From the NCBI GenBank assembly GCA_965112155.1, contig OZ218102.1: a stretch of 64,000 bases of DNA. One strand, given 5' to 3'. Position numbers and translations under genes: made by a program. The notes under the pieces are model-generated. The model ran no database searches. It saw nothing but the letters and a program-made list of their open reading frames with translations, and was not told the origin of the DNA. This document shows positions 26,043-39,312 of this stretch, in pieces (the stretch's first letter is position 1; every line of letters starts with the position of its first letter). The stretch is from Podarcis liolepis. Taxonomy: Eukaryota.

Positions 26043-27028
26043 CTACGGAGAAAGGAGGGAACAGGAAGTGCAAGAAAAGTGAAAATTAACCTAGGGGAAG
26101 GAGGATGAGAACATTCTGAAGAGGTGGTAGAAATAAAACATCAGGGTGGAATCAGGGTGAAGTCGAAGGGGCAGTGAGGGTGAAGGAGGAGAATGAATAT
26201 TACATGAAATAATAATACAGTCCAATGCAATTACATGGAGTATTTCGACACACAAGAAAAAAATACATTTCTGCACTAGAACAATTAGTGTGTAGAATTC
26301 TATGTTGACTACGCAGACCTGTTATGTTTCTTGTTGTTCAGCTGCTCTGTCCACCATCTTGTGGGAAAGCAGCATACAAATAAACCACCAAATGAATTAA
26401 TTAATGAATGACCATTAGTTTTTATCTTCAAGAGGCCAAAAATGCTTCCGATGAGTTGAATAGAAGCTGTACAAGAATAATATTTCAGAGGTGTTTCATC
26501 AGGAGCAAGGTAGGTTGCACCCTTAGAAGGCTATTTCCATAGCTATTTTAAAGCAATATGTGAAATTCCTGCCCACAATACACAACGCCACTTGCTCATT
26601 AGGATGTATCCACAACCTGCAAAGAGGGGAGGCCTCCTTTTCTCACAAGAACTGCACCTATTTTCAGAAGCTTGTGCTTCTGGATTTCTTGTTGTCCCAT
26701 TCCTCCACCTCATCTATGATCCTTCAGCTTCTGTTCCTCTGCTTTTCTTCCAGCAGGTCCCTTTTACCTTTGATTCCTGATGTCTCTCTGACCCTTTAAT
26801 CAAGACTTGGACCTCTGCCTACTCCAAGTCTCCATTCCTAAGTTTACCTTCCTAAGATATGGCCATAGGTCATATTTCCCCATCTTTTCTATTGCCCCTT
26901 ACTGCCTTCCCCAACTTTTTCTCAGCCTCCAACTTTCCTCATGGCCTTTATGCACATGACTCTTTGCTTATTCTTCTTCATTCAGTGCCTCATGGAATTT
27001 ACCCTCCTCCTCTCAGATTTTTGGCAGT

Positions 27029-27405
27029 GAATCTGCCAATTTCAGTTTCCCCCTCAACTTCTCATTTTTACAATCTTAAATTTATTTCTCCACATTTCCA
27101 CCTCAGTCTGCTATTTTTTTTAAAGCCCTCGTGGAACTGTATGAACATTTTAATGCAAATTTATTCTAATATAAACATTTTTGGTATGTAACGTTCCTAA
27201 TATACACATTTCTTCAAAGCATTTCCCTCTAATATAATGCATTTCTGTGTTTTACTTTCACCAATGTGTGCATTTTTGTACAGATTTTTTACTGGCGAAT
27301 GGCAGTGCAAAATCTGGAAAAGTGCAAATTTCAAAGGATGCTTGTCATTCAGTTTGTGTATTGTTTTGGGAAGTGAAAATTGAGTAGATTTCTCCCTCAT
27401 CCCTA
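27029..27405. mobile_element. AT-rich interspersed repeat with internal degenerate ~30-bp units and hAT-like CATCCCTA terminus
   Basis: Repeated ctaatata(c)acattt units. Related copies at ~2005-2080, ~25330-25560 and ~35365-35703. Confidence 0.6.
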
Positions 27406-27711
27406 GTTAACTTCCACTTCTAGTAGTTACTCCAGCCACTCTGACTAGAGGAGGAATCCATTTCAAACAGATTTACACACAGAATTTGGTTATTCCGACC
27501 CCATCAAGCTTTGTTCACATTGGACCACCTCTTTATTGAGAGTCCACATGTCTGAGCCACTCAGTTTGGTTTTTTCAGAAAAGCCAGACTAATTAAACAC
27601 AAACAATAATATATTTACAAAACACGTGACAGAGTCAAGCCCCATCCTCAAAAGCACATGGATTTCTACCATACTCTGTATAGTCTTTCTTTGCCAAAAC
27701 AATAGTTTAAA

Positions 27712-27820
27712 AGAGTTGAGCATGAGACTCTTAATCTCAGGGTTGGGAGTTCGAGTCCTACATTTTGCTGCATTACAAGGGATTGGACTAGATTATCCTT
27801 GTGATCCCTTGACAATTCTT
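27712..27820 (+). mobile_element. tRNA-Lys(CTT)-derived SINE with CR1-type tail (Squam2-like), degenerate
   Basis: gagcatgagactcttaatctcaggg...gttcgag matches the tRNA-Lys anticodon and T arms, followed by tgcatt...ttggactagat...ccct. Confidence 0.7.
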
Positions 27821-28157
27821 ATTTTCCCTTTCTATTCCCGCTTCTCGCAAACTCATCAGGCAGGAGGAGAGGCTGCTTGAAAAGAAGCTGGGGAAATCTA
27901 GGAATGCAACCTCAGAAGTGATGTTAGTGTTGACAAAACAGGGATGGGTATAGACTTAGTCTTTTTGTATCGTTTTCCTATAACTACTTTACAGCCCTTT
28001 CCTCCCCATCATAGGAAGCCAAATTAAAGATAAATGGCAGCAGACTTTTTCCCGTAGCCCAGTGGGGTTAAAGAGGAGCTAATAGACCTTTCTTTCCAAT
28101 TTAGCTCAGGCTGTGCAGATTATTCTCCATGAAAGAACTAGCCTTTCCTAATTTAGA

Positions 28158-28272
28158 ACAGCTGTTCCCAACCGGGTGCCCTCCAGATGTTTTGGACTGT
28201 AAATCCCAGGACTCCTAGCAAGTACAGAGTGGATGGGAGTGAAACATATGGAGGGCACCCGGTTGGGGAAGA
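28158..28272. mobile_element. Palindromic hAT-type MITE, degenerate
   Basis: cccaaccgggtgccctcca ... tggagggcacccggttggg inverted arms. Confidence 0.7.
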
Positions 28273-29389
28273 TTTAGAATACGTGCTCTTGGAGAAGGCA
28301 TGCATCAAGAGTCTCACCACCCCCTCCATTTAGCAAGCGTGCTTACAATGGAGCTTGCTTTCAAAGCAATACTGCCTTCCCTTTGCCATGGTGATAAAGT
28401 TTCCTCATATTTAATTGCTGTTTGAAGAACATTATTGCAGCGAGAGGAATGAAATGGGAACAGTCGGTAAATAATAAAGTTTTAATATTTAAAAAGGCTA
28501 GTTATTTTTAATTAGAACTTAAAATTCCTCGGGACTCTTTATCAAAGGCAAGCGACACAGGCCCATCTGCAAATGAACAAGCAAATTCGGAAAAATATTT
28601 TTCACTCACTATGAAGCCAGCACAACTTGCTCTCCTTAGCCTCCCCATCACATGAACAATGGCAAAGGCACTTCTAAGGCTGCAATGGATTTTTGGAAGG
28701 GTTCTTCTTCACAGTGAAATGGGGGCAGGGGTGGGGGAGCTCACATTTTTTTCTGAAAAGAGACAGGGGGGTTTCTGCTGGGCATTGCTTGGCAGATTGC
28801 ATCCTTAAAAGTAACCAAGAGGCCAATCAGTTAAAGGAGGCATTCTGTACACACAATCCACCCCTAGCAAGATGGCACAGCGGTCTTGAGGTGCATATTG
28901 CCATCTATAAAATGGCTCTTGCAGCTAATATGCAGCACTATGAATAGTGTGGCTGGACCCTTTGCTCTTGGCAAAGCAATTGTCAAGAAAGGATTGCACG
29001 GAAGGTGACTGCAGTGTGGGGCCCCTGCAGTCATCTGCAATGTGACCTGCCCTTGACAAGCAGGAGCAATGACAGCCCATTTGTGGGGGGCAAAAATTGA
29101 GAACCCAGTTTTGGCTCCATCTCCACTACCTCATTACATAGCTTACGAAATAATAATTGTGGTTCAGCTTTATTTCACTTGTTCTTTGTCTCTCAACTCA
29201 AGACCAATTCAGAAAACCCAAAATAGTGTGTTGAGCAAGGTTTGAATGGGTCTGTGCACACCGTCTGGTATTTGGTGAGACAGTTGTATGACCAATTTAC
29301 CATGGGACATAATATTTCAGCCTGTTTCAAGTCTGGAAGTTGCAGCTCGTACAAAAGGCAATGCGTTGATCAACCTAGCAGCACCACCA

Positions 29390-29700
29390 CTTAACACCTG
29401 AAAGAGTGGCATTGGCTGTCAATATGTGGCCGAACCAAACTCAAGGTGTTTGTGATGAATTGTAAGGCCCCATACAATTTGGGTCTGAAATACTTGAAGA
29501 GTCAGCTCCTGCCCCACTCTCCCAATATCAACCAATATCTCCCAAATATGATCTGCTGTGCAGCTACCCGGGAAAGGAACTTCACAATTTTGGCACCCCC
29601 ATTATGGAACACCCTGTCCTTTGATGTATGGCTGCTGCTGCTGACTCTCATGAGTTTAAATCACCAACAGAAAACCCATCTATTCACATAGGCATTTTCT
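29390..29700 (+). mobile_element. L2-like LINE 3' fragment
   Basis: Decayed ORF2 end (KAPYNLGLKYLKSQL...APPLWNTL...KTHLF) in ORF 29446-29691. Confidence 0.65.
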
Positions 29701-30199
29701 GGGCAAGAATACAGTGTTCTTTTCCAATTGTGTTACTTTTGCTGTTTTATAGCTGCTATGGTTGCTATTGGTTTTTATCAGACTTTCCTTTATGATATTT
29801 TGGTGACACTCTTTTACTTTTTAAATAGTTTTATTATACACCCACCATGGGATGGCTTGTCAATGAGGGACAGGTTAAAAATATTCCTAAACTACTACTA
29901 CCACGACTAGTACTCCTACACGATAATAAAAATAATTGTTGCTCTGTGGTGCAGTAACATTTTTAGAGCGTAGTAAAAAATAAGTTGAGTTGTGAGTTGG
30001 GACAGATGGTGAAGCAATCATATGACCGCGACATTACGTGGCAAATTCCGCATTGCACACCAATTGATTATGAGAGCCAGTTTGCAATACTCTACTGCGG
30101 AAGGTTATATAAAACTTCCAGGCAGGAAGTTGGTGGGGAATAGGGTAGCCATTTAAATCAGTAATACCTAACATGTGTCAATTGGGCTATGAACTAGCC

Positions 30200-31090
30200 T
30201 TGCCTCTTGGTATCTCTTACAGCTCACTGAAAGCATCAATAGTGTGAAACAGCAGCAAGACAAATTCTATGTAAAGAAATCACTAAGAAATTGATTGAAA
30301 ATAAAAATAACAAATCTTGCAATGCCTCTTTATAAACTTACGTATAATGCAACCTCCTCAAGAACACTGTTATGCTATCTGATCTCCAAAAATATATATC
30401 CTAGAGCTAGAAAAGGTGCAAAATAGGCAAGCAAAATGATCAAGGGGTTAAAGAACCCTGTGAGAAAAGGCCAAAGGAATCTGGGGAATTTTTAAGTTTA
30501 GAAAAATGACAACTAAGGGGATCGTGATAGAGGTTGTGCATGGTGTGCAGAAAGTGAATAGACTGAATTTTTTATCCCAATAAAATTTTAGACGCCAGCT
30601 GCCCACTGATATCAGATTGTCAATAGGACCAGAGCAAACAAAACAAAGTACTTCTTCACACAACTCATACATACTTAGCTTAAGGAATTTGCTACAAGAG
30701 GATACAAGAACGTAGCATAAGAAGAGTCTTGTTGGTTCAGACCGAAGGTCTATTTAGTCTGTTCAGTAGGCAGCCAGATACCCTTGGGAAGCCCACAAGA
30801 AGGACATAAGTGCAATGTTCCCCAGCAACTAGTATTCAGAAACCTACTTTCTCTGATACTGGAGGCAATATAGCTCTTGTGACTAATAGCTCTTGATGAA
30901 CTTATTCTGTGTGGTGCCCAGATAATTAGATGAATTAGACAAAGGTATAGCAGACAGGTCTAGCCACCTTTCTTAGTCATTATAGTCTCCATGTTCAGAG
31001 GCAGTATATCTCTGAATACAGGTTTCTGTGGCACAAATAAGGAGAAGCTGTTGCCTACATGCCATACTTGAGGACTTCCTGGAAGTTATG
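30200..31090 (+). mobile_element. CR1 LINE 3' region, decayed, interrupted at ~30705-30910 by a reversed CR1-type 3' end
   Basis: gagctagaaaaggtgca...aaaatgatcaagggg...tttagaaaaa...ctaagggga...aagtacttcttcacacaac are typical of the CR1 ORF2 end. Confidence 0.65.
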
Positions 31091-31499
31091 TGCTATGTCT
31101 GTGCTGGAGGAGAGATGGGGAAATACATGCAGGATAAATGGCAAACAAGTATGTGTCCTGTACATAACCCTTCCCCGCTCACTGACCACTTTTCCGCTGT
31201 AACCCCAGCCATGTCTTCCCAGACCTGCTTTTGCCCGTATCTCAGGAGACAAAAGGTCACATCCACACCATACAGTTAAAGCACATCTACCACTTTAACA
31301 GTCACGACTTCCCCAAAGAGTCCTGGGGGAAACCGAAGGGAAGGGATGCCATGCCTGTGATTTCTTTGTAGGGTACAATTGTTTTTAGCACAATTTGTTA
31401 AGAAAGAAACAGATAGGATACTGGGGGTTGATTTCAATGAAGAGTGAGCTAAAAAAACCACCCCTCCACATTTTAAATGACTAATTTAAGCAAAAGAAA

Positions 31500-31740
31500 T
31501 ACTTTTATCTGATTCAAGCTGACAACCAGCTGAACGGTGGCAAAGTAGGAATCTCTTCTCGAAATGTATGTGCCAGATGGGAGTCCGCATTACTCTGAGT
31601 CAGAGTCCTGGAGAATCACTGACGTCATCCGTGAATCTGCCTCCTGCATTTATTTTCGAATCCCTGCTGGGGATGGGAGTCCACACAGAACCAAGGCAAT
31701 ATAACTTGCGCTTCATTAAACAAGTTAATTTCCTGTCTGG
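31500..31740. promoter_or_regulatory. Candidate intronic enhancer with CRE, AP-1 and E-box motifs
   Basis: TGACGTCA 31620-31627, TGAGTCA 31596-31602, CAGATG 31574-31579, CAGCTG 31527-31532 in unique, CpG-retaining sequence. Motif evidence only. Confidence 0.4.
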
Positions 31741-33049
31741 TCCTCCTGAGACATCAAAGTGTCTCATTTTAAAGCCCACTGATGCATGTGGTGAGGGCTC
31801 TGCAGAGACTAATCCTCAGAGTCTTCTAAATGTTCTTCCCTATACATGCCTCTGGAACTCACTGCCCCTTAAGTCCCTGGTGAGCAATGGTGCCAGCCTC
31901 TTAATTTAATGGTGCACAGAACAATGCTGCTTACCGACAGTCAATCACCTCTCCACCAGAACGTAGAGCGATGTTTTATATAAGTAACAATGATGCTGAT
32001 AACTCTAATGTACTATAGAATGAGGTGCTCAAAATGGAATCTAAATACAAAATTCGCAGGCAGCCTCCTTGAGGATCAAAAGGAGTCCCTGGATGCTGGT
32101 GAATCCTAATTGCATGAAAACAGTGCTAAACATCCTGTTTTAATATCCCACCTCTGGAGAGGTGTCTTACGGAGCAAGCCGAACCCCCTGGTTCTGGGAT
32201 TGAGGGATGTGTGCTAGGTTGTGTGGAAGCATCCCTTTGCCCTTCATTAATCCCAGTTAAGTCAGCCTCCCACTGCCACCCTGATGTGCTTCTCACCCAG
32301 TCAATGTAGCACTCCCCCTTGCACCTGCCAAACATACAGGTGAGAGTGAGGGTGGCCGATATAATTTCCAATTGGAAAGGTGACTTAATTCCTACAAAGC
32401 TTCACTGGCAGGTGAAGATGATAGAATACCTGGAACTTGTGAAAATGACTGGGAGAATAAGAGGACACTAAAATCAGAAAGTGAGCAAAGAATGGGTAAT
32501 ATTTAAAGAATATTTAAAACAATATTGTGAAAATGCAAATCTCCTGACAGGTATAGATTGAATCTTGAATATTGAAGAAAATTATAAACGTAAAAAAAAT
32601 TCTTGATATGTAATAGATATAACAGGAAGTGTGTATGGCTTCAGAATATTTAGAAAGCACAATGAGGTAAATCAGAAGTCAAAAACGTGTGTGATGTTAG
32701 ATGATGTATAGTCAATTAATATTTAGTTGTCATTGTGGTATTGTTTTTGTCTGTTTGTGTAGTATGTTTTGCAATAAATATAATAAGAGAAAGAGAGAGA
32801 GAGAGAGAGGTTGGCTTGTGAGGGGCTGAGATGGCCTGGGATCTGCTGGATCCCAAGCTGATTTTACAGCTGTTGTATAATAGCATTGGGCCAATGGCTA
32901 CAGATGCAGGAGGGGGCCCACCACTCCATAAATCTTTACAGGCAGCAGTGTAAAGTTTGGATTACAACTCATACAAATGAATGCAGATTCTGCAAATATG
33001 CAGGGCAAACACCCAGAGCAGTATGGGATTGGAGCATATACAATTAATC

Positions 33050-33170
33050 AAGGATGGAGAACCTGTGGTCCTTCTGATGAGAACTATAGTTCTCATCATC
33101 CCTGACCATTGGCCATGCTGGCTTGGACTGGATGAAATCAGGAATACAAATAGTTGTAAAATGGTAAGTC
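33050..33170. mobile_element. Palindromic hAT-type MITE, partial
   Basis: gaacctgtgg...catcatccctgaccattggccatgctgg family core. Confidence 0.55.
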
Positions 33171-34874
33171 CTACCAGGTAGTGAGTGGGCAGAGCAGCAG
33201 TGAGCGAGAAGGGACATTACTGTTTTTCTCCCTGCAACCTTCTTTAACTGAGTTCCTCTGGAGTCAAAAAATAAGCTTGAAGAAGCAGCTGGGGAAAAGG
33301 CTTCAAAGAAGGCTTCAGAAATTCCTTTCACTGATTTTCATCTTGAAATTAACAATGTTATTGAACTACGAAATGATGTGGCTTGGTGGCTGCCATTCAT
33401 CTAACTTGCATTTAGCACAAAGCCTTCTGGGAGGAAAGCTTTGGGACTAGACTCAAATTGAAAAGGTCAAGGAAATAGAGGCTAAGGTGAGAACACAGAA
33501 ACATCTTTACATAATGTATTATGTGACCTGGGACAGAAATCCCAGGCTTGAGGATTGCACAGGTCCTTTTTTCCTGTGCCCTTTGGAACTTCCCCTGGCC
33601 TGCCCATAGCTCTCCTCAGTCTTAAAGTACCCCTCCCTTTCTGGTCATAGCTTGAACTGAGCTGTGATTAAGAGTACAGAGCTCAGAGGCAACACAATAC
33701 ACAGCCTATAATACTATGCCCTGATTCTGAATCAAGCTGAGGGGAATCTGTCCTGTCACCACTTGCAATCTTCTTAAGAGTGACATGGTCAATTTTGTTT
33801 TCCTACTACTACTCTGTTAAAACTAGAAACAATAGCATCACAAATGTTCCTATCTTAGGACCAGTTTCTCTTTGCTGTTTTTCTTTATGTGAAATCTTCA
33901 CTCCTGAAAGGCAGGTGTTACACTTTGCCTCATATTTGAGGTAGCTGCTGGTGGTATTTATAGAGGAATCATAATTGCTGGGGGGGTGTTAATGGTCTAG
34001 ATTTCTCTGTTGCCAAAATGTGTTAGGCTTTGTAAAACTATTTTTAAAAAAATATTATTGAAACCAGCCTTGAGCATATGGAGAGGTGGAGCATAGATGT
34101 TTTTATCTCTGTTCACAGCTTTTGGAAGAAGTTGCAAAATCTTTTTAATCAGAGATAACAGAGGGACGAAAGAGAAGAGAGCCAGCTCCATAGGCAAATG
34201 AGCTCAGTCAAGCCACTATCTTTTCAAACTCTCATTATACTCAGGGAGCTTCATGGTCAACTGAACCCAGATCTCCTTGGTCCAAGGATGGGACATGAGA
34301 GATCTGTGACTGGGATCTCTGGTGGTTTACAAACAATCCAACCAGCTCTAGTGGGGTGGGTGGAAATCAGATCAAGACCATGGTATTGGGGAAAGAGCAG
34401 GGTGGGGTGAGTGTAAGAGTTATCCCTTCCTCCCTGAGTCATTTCCCCAGTTGGAATACCATTCAACCTGCTATTTCTCCATGTAGTAATAAATGCATCT
34501 GATGGCATCTGTACCTTTTCCCCAAGCTTGGAGTGGGAGAACAGTTGCCATGAGAATGGCCAATCCCTCTGAATGAGCAAGGATGTGAATGCCTCAGCCA
34601 TTCATTTACTCAACAATTTGATGTTGCACATTGCATTAATATGATGTCATACATTACAATATTACACTGCAAATAGCATTGGTATATTTTAATTTGTTTT
34701 GTCTTTTATTGCTTAGAAGCCACTTTGGGGAGCCACAGGCAGGAAACAACACATGTTTTTATTACTATTAATCATCCTCCCACAGCTGGTATTTAAGGCT
34801 TTCTTAAAAACAGCAAGGAGCTCCTAAGCACTGATCTCCCATGTCACATCAAGTTACATCTAACTTCAGAGGGT

Positions 34875-34990
34875 AGACCAACCTGCCCCACATTGGTGCC
34901 TTCCAGTTGTGCTGGACTACATCTCCCATTAGCTGGGGGTGATGTTGTAGTCCAAAATATCTGAAGGGCACCAGCTTGTGGAAGGCTGAT
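34875..34990. mobile_element. Palindromic hAT-type MITE with internal deletion
   Basis: tggtgccttc...ggactacatc / gttgtagtcc...gaagggcacca. Confidence 0.65.
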
Positions 34991-35364
34991 CTGCACACAA
35001 CACATCACATTGGAATTGCCAGTATGTGACACATACAAATCTATTACAAACAATCTATTACAAACCACAGAAAACATTCTTCAGATTAGCTTATGGTTGT
35101 AATGAAACACCTGAAGGCAGATCCCCCACCCAAAAAATTAATTGTTTTGGTGTGATTAAACTGGCACTCAAATGAGGAAATGGATTTCAGAGGGCTAGGG
35201 GAGAATAATGCTACCAAAATATTTTAGAGGAGGTGAAACAGTTTTAACATTCTTCCCACTTTTCTGCCAGCTACCTAAATTGATCCTTGTCTCCACTGTC
35301 TTGTATGTGGGGGTACAAATGCTGCACCCCTGAAAGTGGGGGTTTCATATATACATATATATAT

Positions 35365-35703
35365 ATATTTCCAATCTTAAGCACAGCTTGCCACATTTCT
35401 GCATCTCTTTGTGAATTTTTTATTTTAAAATTATTAAAAGTGCTCACAAATATTTATCAGAATTTTAGTGTGAATTTCCCCCAACATAAACATTTTTGTA
35501 TGCCACTTTTCCCCAACATGATGCATTTTTGTGTTTTCTTTTCACTAATATAAGCACTCTAATGCAAACTTTCCCCTAACACGCCCATTTTTTTGTTGTT
35601 CGAGAACTGTGTTCTAAAATTCGGGAAAGTGCAGTTGTTGGAAGGGCAGCTGCATTTCACTTCATTAAAGTGCAAAGTGAACCAAATTTCTTTCTCATCC
35701 CTG
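35365..35703. mobile_element. AT-rich interspersed repeat (family of 27029-27405)
   Basis: Same internal units and terminus tttctcatccctg. Confidence 0.6.
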
Positions 35704-36959
35704 TTTGATGCTGGTGATGTAATCCATCTCCTACCAAGGACCCCTTGGGGCTGCTTTGGTGGCACCATCTCCCTTTTTCTCGCATCTTTCTCTAGTTCAT
35801 CAACATGCTTAGTCTTCCTTGCTATATTTGGCTTGGCTTTGCCTGCCATCCACAGGCAGAGACTCCAATTTATTTTGACGGACATCCACTCCATCCTCTC
35901 CCCCCCCCCAATAAACCCCCAACACCCCTCCTCAAAATTGAAAGAGAGGAAAGGACTGAAAATGAAAAATCATTTCAGAACAGGGTTTGAGTGGATGTGT
36001 GTGCTCAGCTCTTATTTTTATGCTTCCTGCTTCGGGTGAGTGTTCAGGAATTCACTTAGTGAGGTGCTGCTTATTCTTTCCAATGGGTGATGTTGACAGT
36101 CCAGCATTGCCTTTGTTTACACAGCACATTTAATCCTGGGTTTTTTATTTTTTTATTTTTTTATCTCTCCACATCCGCTCAGAGAAGATGATAATTTTCT
36201 GAAATTAAACACTTAGCTTGATTGCTGTTTTGTTAATTGCCACATTCACAAACCCCCCCTGGTGCTCCTGCCTGTTTAACATGGATAATGCTGCAAAGAT
36301 GATCGGCATCAAATTGGTGTGCAGGTGGGCGGGCGGTAGTAGTGAGGCCTCCTCATCATTGCTCGTTCAGATGGATTGCCCAGCATCATTGCACAAAGGG
36401 AAAGAATTAATCTGAAGCGGAAACGTCTTTACAAAACCACACAGATGGAAGTTCAAAAGAGGAATCTCGAGAAAGAGATTTCTCACCCTGTTAGCACTGG
36501 GGTGCATGTGAGGAATCTTGCAAACTGGAAGCTGATCATATGTTCTTGGAAGCTCTGATAAATTACCCTACATTTCTATAAAGAACTCGGTTTGCATAAA
36601 CGCAAGGGCATCTTATGTAGAATGAATCATGCTTGGATTAGTTTTCACCTGAATAAATATCAATTTCAGCGATGATAGAAACACCAATTATGCTTTTATT
36701 ATTTACTTTGAAAGCTTATATCCCACTTTCCCCTCACCAGATGAACTCAAAGTGACTCACAATGCAAACCTCTTAAAAACACAATAATTGTTTAGTGGCT
36801 TCCCAGCTTTAACAGTCTGATTCTACACCTCAGATTTGGTGCACAGAGTTCAGACTGCCTTGTAGTCCTCACTGAGACTCACCCTTGGCCTCAGCACAGC
36901 AAATGCCTTCAGCACAGCTCTACCAGTGTGTTTATCTTTGCTCCCAGAACAAGGTTGAG

Positions 36960-37060
36960 ATCATAAAAATTTAAGAAGTCTGCTGGATCACACCAAGTAC
37001 ACCTATCTAGTCTAGCATCCAGTTATCACAGGGGCAGCCAGATCCCATGGAAAGCCTGAA
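36960..37060 (-). mobile_element. CR1-like 3' end fragment
   Basis: taagaagtctgctggatca...atctagtctagcatcc...gccagat. Confidence 0.55.
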
Positions 37061-39081
37061 ATGGTGTGTGTGCCAAGCTGAACTTTTTCTATGATTTATT
37101 TCTGTAGTTCAGCAAAGTTGGCATAATGGATATAGCAAACTTTATTGACCCTCGTGCAAGTCTTTATCCTGAACATCTCCTGGAAGGCTTCCAGACCTTC
37201 TTAATATTTTATGTAAAGATCAGCCCAGGCATCTGGTGTTACCAGCAAAATATAATTAATATCTCCTGTAAAGAAGAATGAGATCCACATATTTAATAGT
37301 AAGATAAACTTAGAACTCAGGAAACAAACAAAGATTACCAGTTTAGACATTTCCCACTAGGATTATATTCTTTTGACTACCAAATGAGCAAAGTAAACAA
37401 AATGGGATAGAGATAGGAAGGTAGCAGGAAATAAAAAAATGAAACAAATGACTATACGGCCTATGAAAGATCACTCATCTGATTATCCCCCTCCTAATTC
37501 CACTGGGAACGACTGGCTCAGAATAGTGCTCAAACCCCAGGTGACTAGTGTGTTTTGACTCCATTTTACTTTTACAAAGGTTACTGGCCACTTTGAGAAA
37601 CGATAATCTTTCTGAATTTTCTTTTTTAAATAAAAAAACTTTCTAACAGCAGATAGTACTGGTTCCTGGGTTTGCAGCTGCAGGACAAGGAGTCTCCAGA
37701 GACTGGTGAGGGGACCCCTACTGCAGCATGGGACACACTTGGTATCCGATGTTGCTGACACCTTCCTTAACAAATGAGGTATTTTTATCACAGGGGTTTG
37801 GGCTAATATTGTGATATTTAACACGCACACTGGCACCTTGCGCTATTTATGGGGAAAGCGCCTTCCTTTCTCTTATTACAAACCTGTTTTGAAAGTTTCC
37901 CTATGTGAAATTAAACCTTCTCACATCCAGCAGGTGAAGTGATATCTTGCGACTATATACTGGTTGACTGGTCTTCAGGGGAACGGACAGGTGTGTCTAG
38001 CTAAGGCACGATTCTTTTGTCAATTCCATCTCTACGTTTTGTGCTTCAGAACAGCAATATGTGAAAATGGTCAAAGAAGAGTTAGGAGTCTTTTTCACAA
38101 GTGAGCAGCCAACTTGGCAATTCAATACATGGAGGGATAGCATTTTAAATTCTAGCTTTTGAAGTGATCAGCTTGGCCAATAAATTAATGCCATCAAGCT
38201 ATAAGGACAAATTTTCTTCTCAATGAAAGGCAAAGTAGTATAAATTGCATCCACACATTTGTGTGTGTGTATGTATCCTGGAAATGCCAGGATCATCTTA
38301 TTCTACTCCACATTTCATATAGTAACTATTCCTTGTAGATGTTTGATGATTGTGCCCTTTCCAGAGCCTGAAATAGTACTATGGAGTGCAGCACCAAAAA
38401 TTACAGGAGAAGCTTCTAAGTGCCATCGTATACTGTAGTTGGGATGCTTATAGAATGAGCAGAACTATTTGATTTTGTATTCATGTATGTGAGTTTGAGT
38501 ACATATAACTATGTGAAGTGATGTGTTAGCAGTTATGTGTGTGACCTCTGTGACTATGATGCATGTGAGACTGTGTGGTTTAACAGAAAAATACTAAAGG
38601 TTAAAAGGTTTACATTTCCTTAACCTACCTCGCAGGTTTCTCTCCTGCTCAAAAGGAAATTGAACAATCCAGTTTGACACTTTCATCCCCTGCCATCAGC
38701 TTATGCATGATGCAAACCAGCCAACTCACCAAGGGCCTCATAGGTATGACGACTCAGTGGCACTGGGGAAGGGGGGTTCAGCAAGTGCCAGTAAATGCAT
38801 GCATGAAACTTAAAAACTGAAATAATCCTGCCCTCTTTTTGCTAGAGGGACAATGGGCTATGAAGTAGATTTTTGTTCTTTAAAAGTGGCTCTATAATAA
38901 ATACAAATAACTGCCACCAGGGTAAAATTGGGTAAGCACTGAGCATTTGGGGAAAATTCTACCCCATGAGCCGAATGTGTTAGAAATGTGGTGGTTGTGG
39001 GGGAATCTTTCAGCAAAATAACAAAACTGGGCTTATCTGAAATAGGAAGATGTAGCAAATGTTTACTGGCTCAAGTCAATA

Positions 39082-39312
39082 CAGTGGTACCTTGGGTTGC
39101 AGCTGCTTCAGGTTACAGATGCCTCAGGTTACAGACTCCACTAACCCAGAAATAGTACCTCGGGTTAAGAATTTTGCTTCAGAACGAGAACAGAAATCGC
39201 ACGGCGGCAGCGGGAGGCCCCATTAGCTAAAGTGGTACCTCAGGTTAAGAACAGTTTCAGGTTAAGAACAGACCTCCAGAACGAGTTACGTTCTTAACCT
39301 GAAGTACCACTG
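39082..39312 (-). mobile_element. Tc1/mariner-superfamily MITE, 231 bp (family of 20901-21142)
   Basis: TA-CAGTGGTAC...GTACCACTG-TA. Interior gcagcgggaggccccattagctaaagtggt is the reverse complement of the 20901 copy. Confidence 0.88.

Noticed and set aside
27712-27770. tRNA-Lys(CTT)-like sequence
   Set aside because: Acceptor stem and D arm are degraded and it runs into a CR1-type tail, so it is a SINE head, not a tRNA gene.
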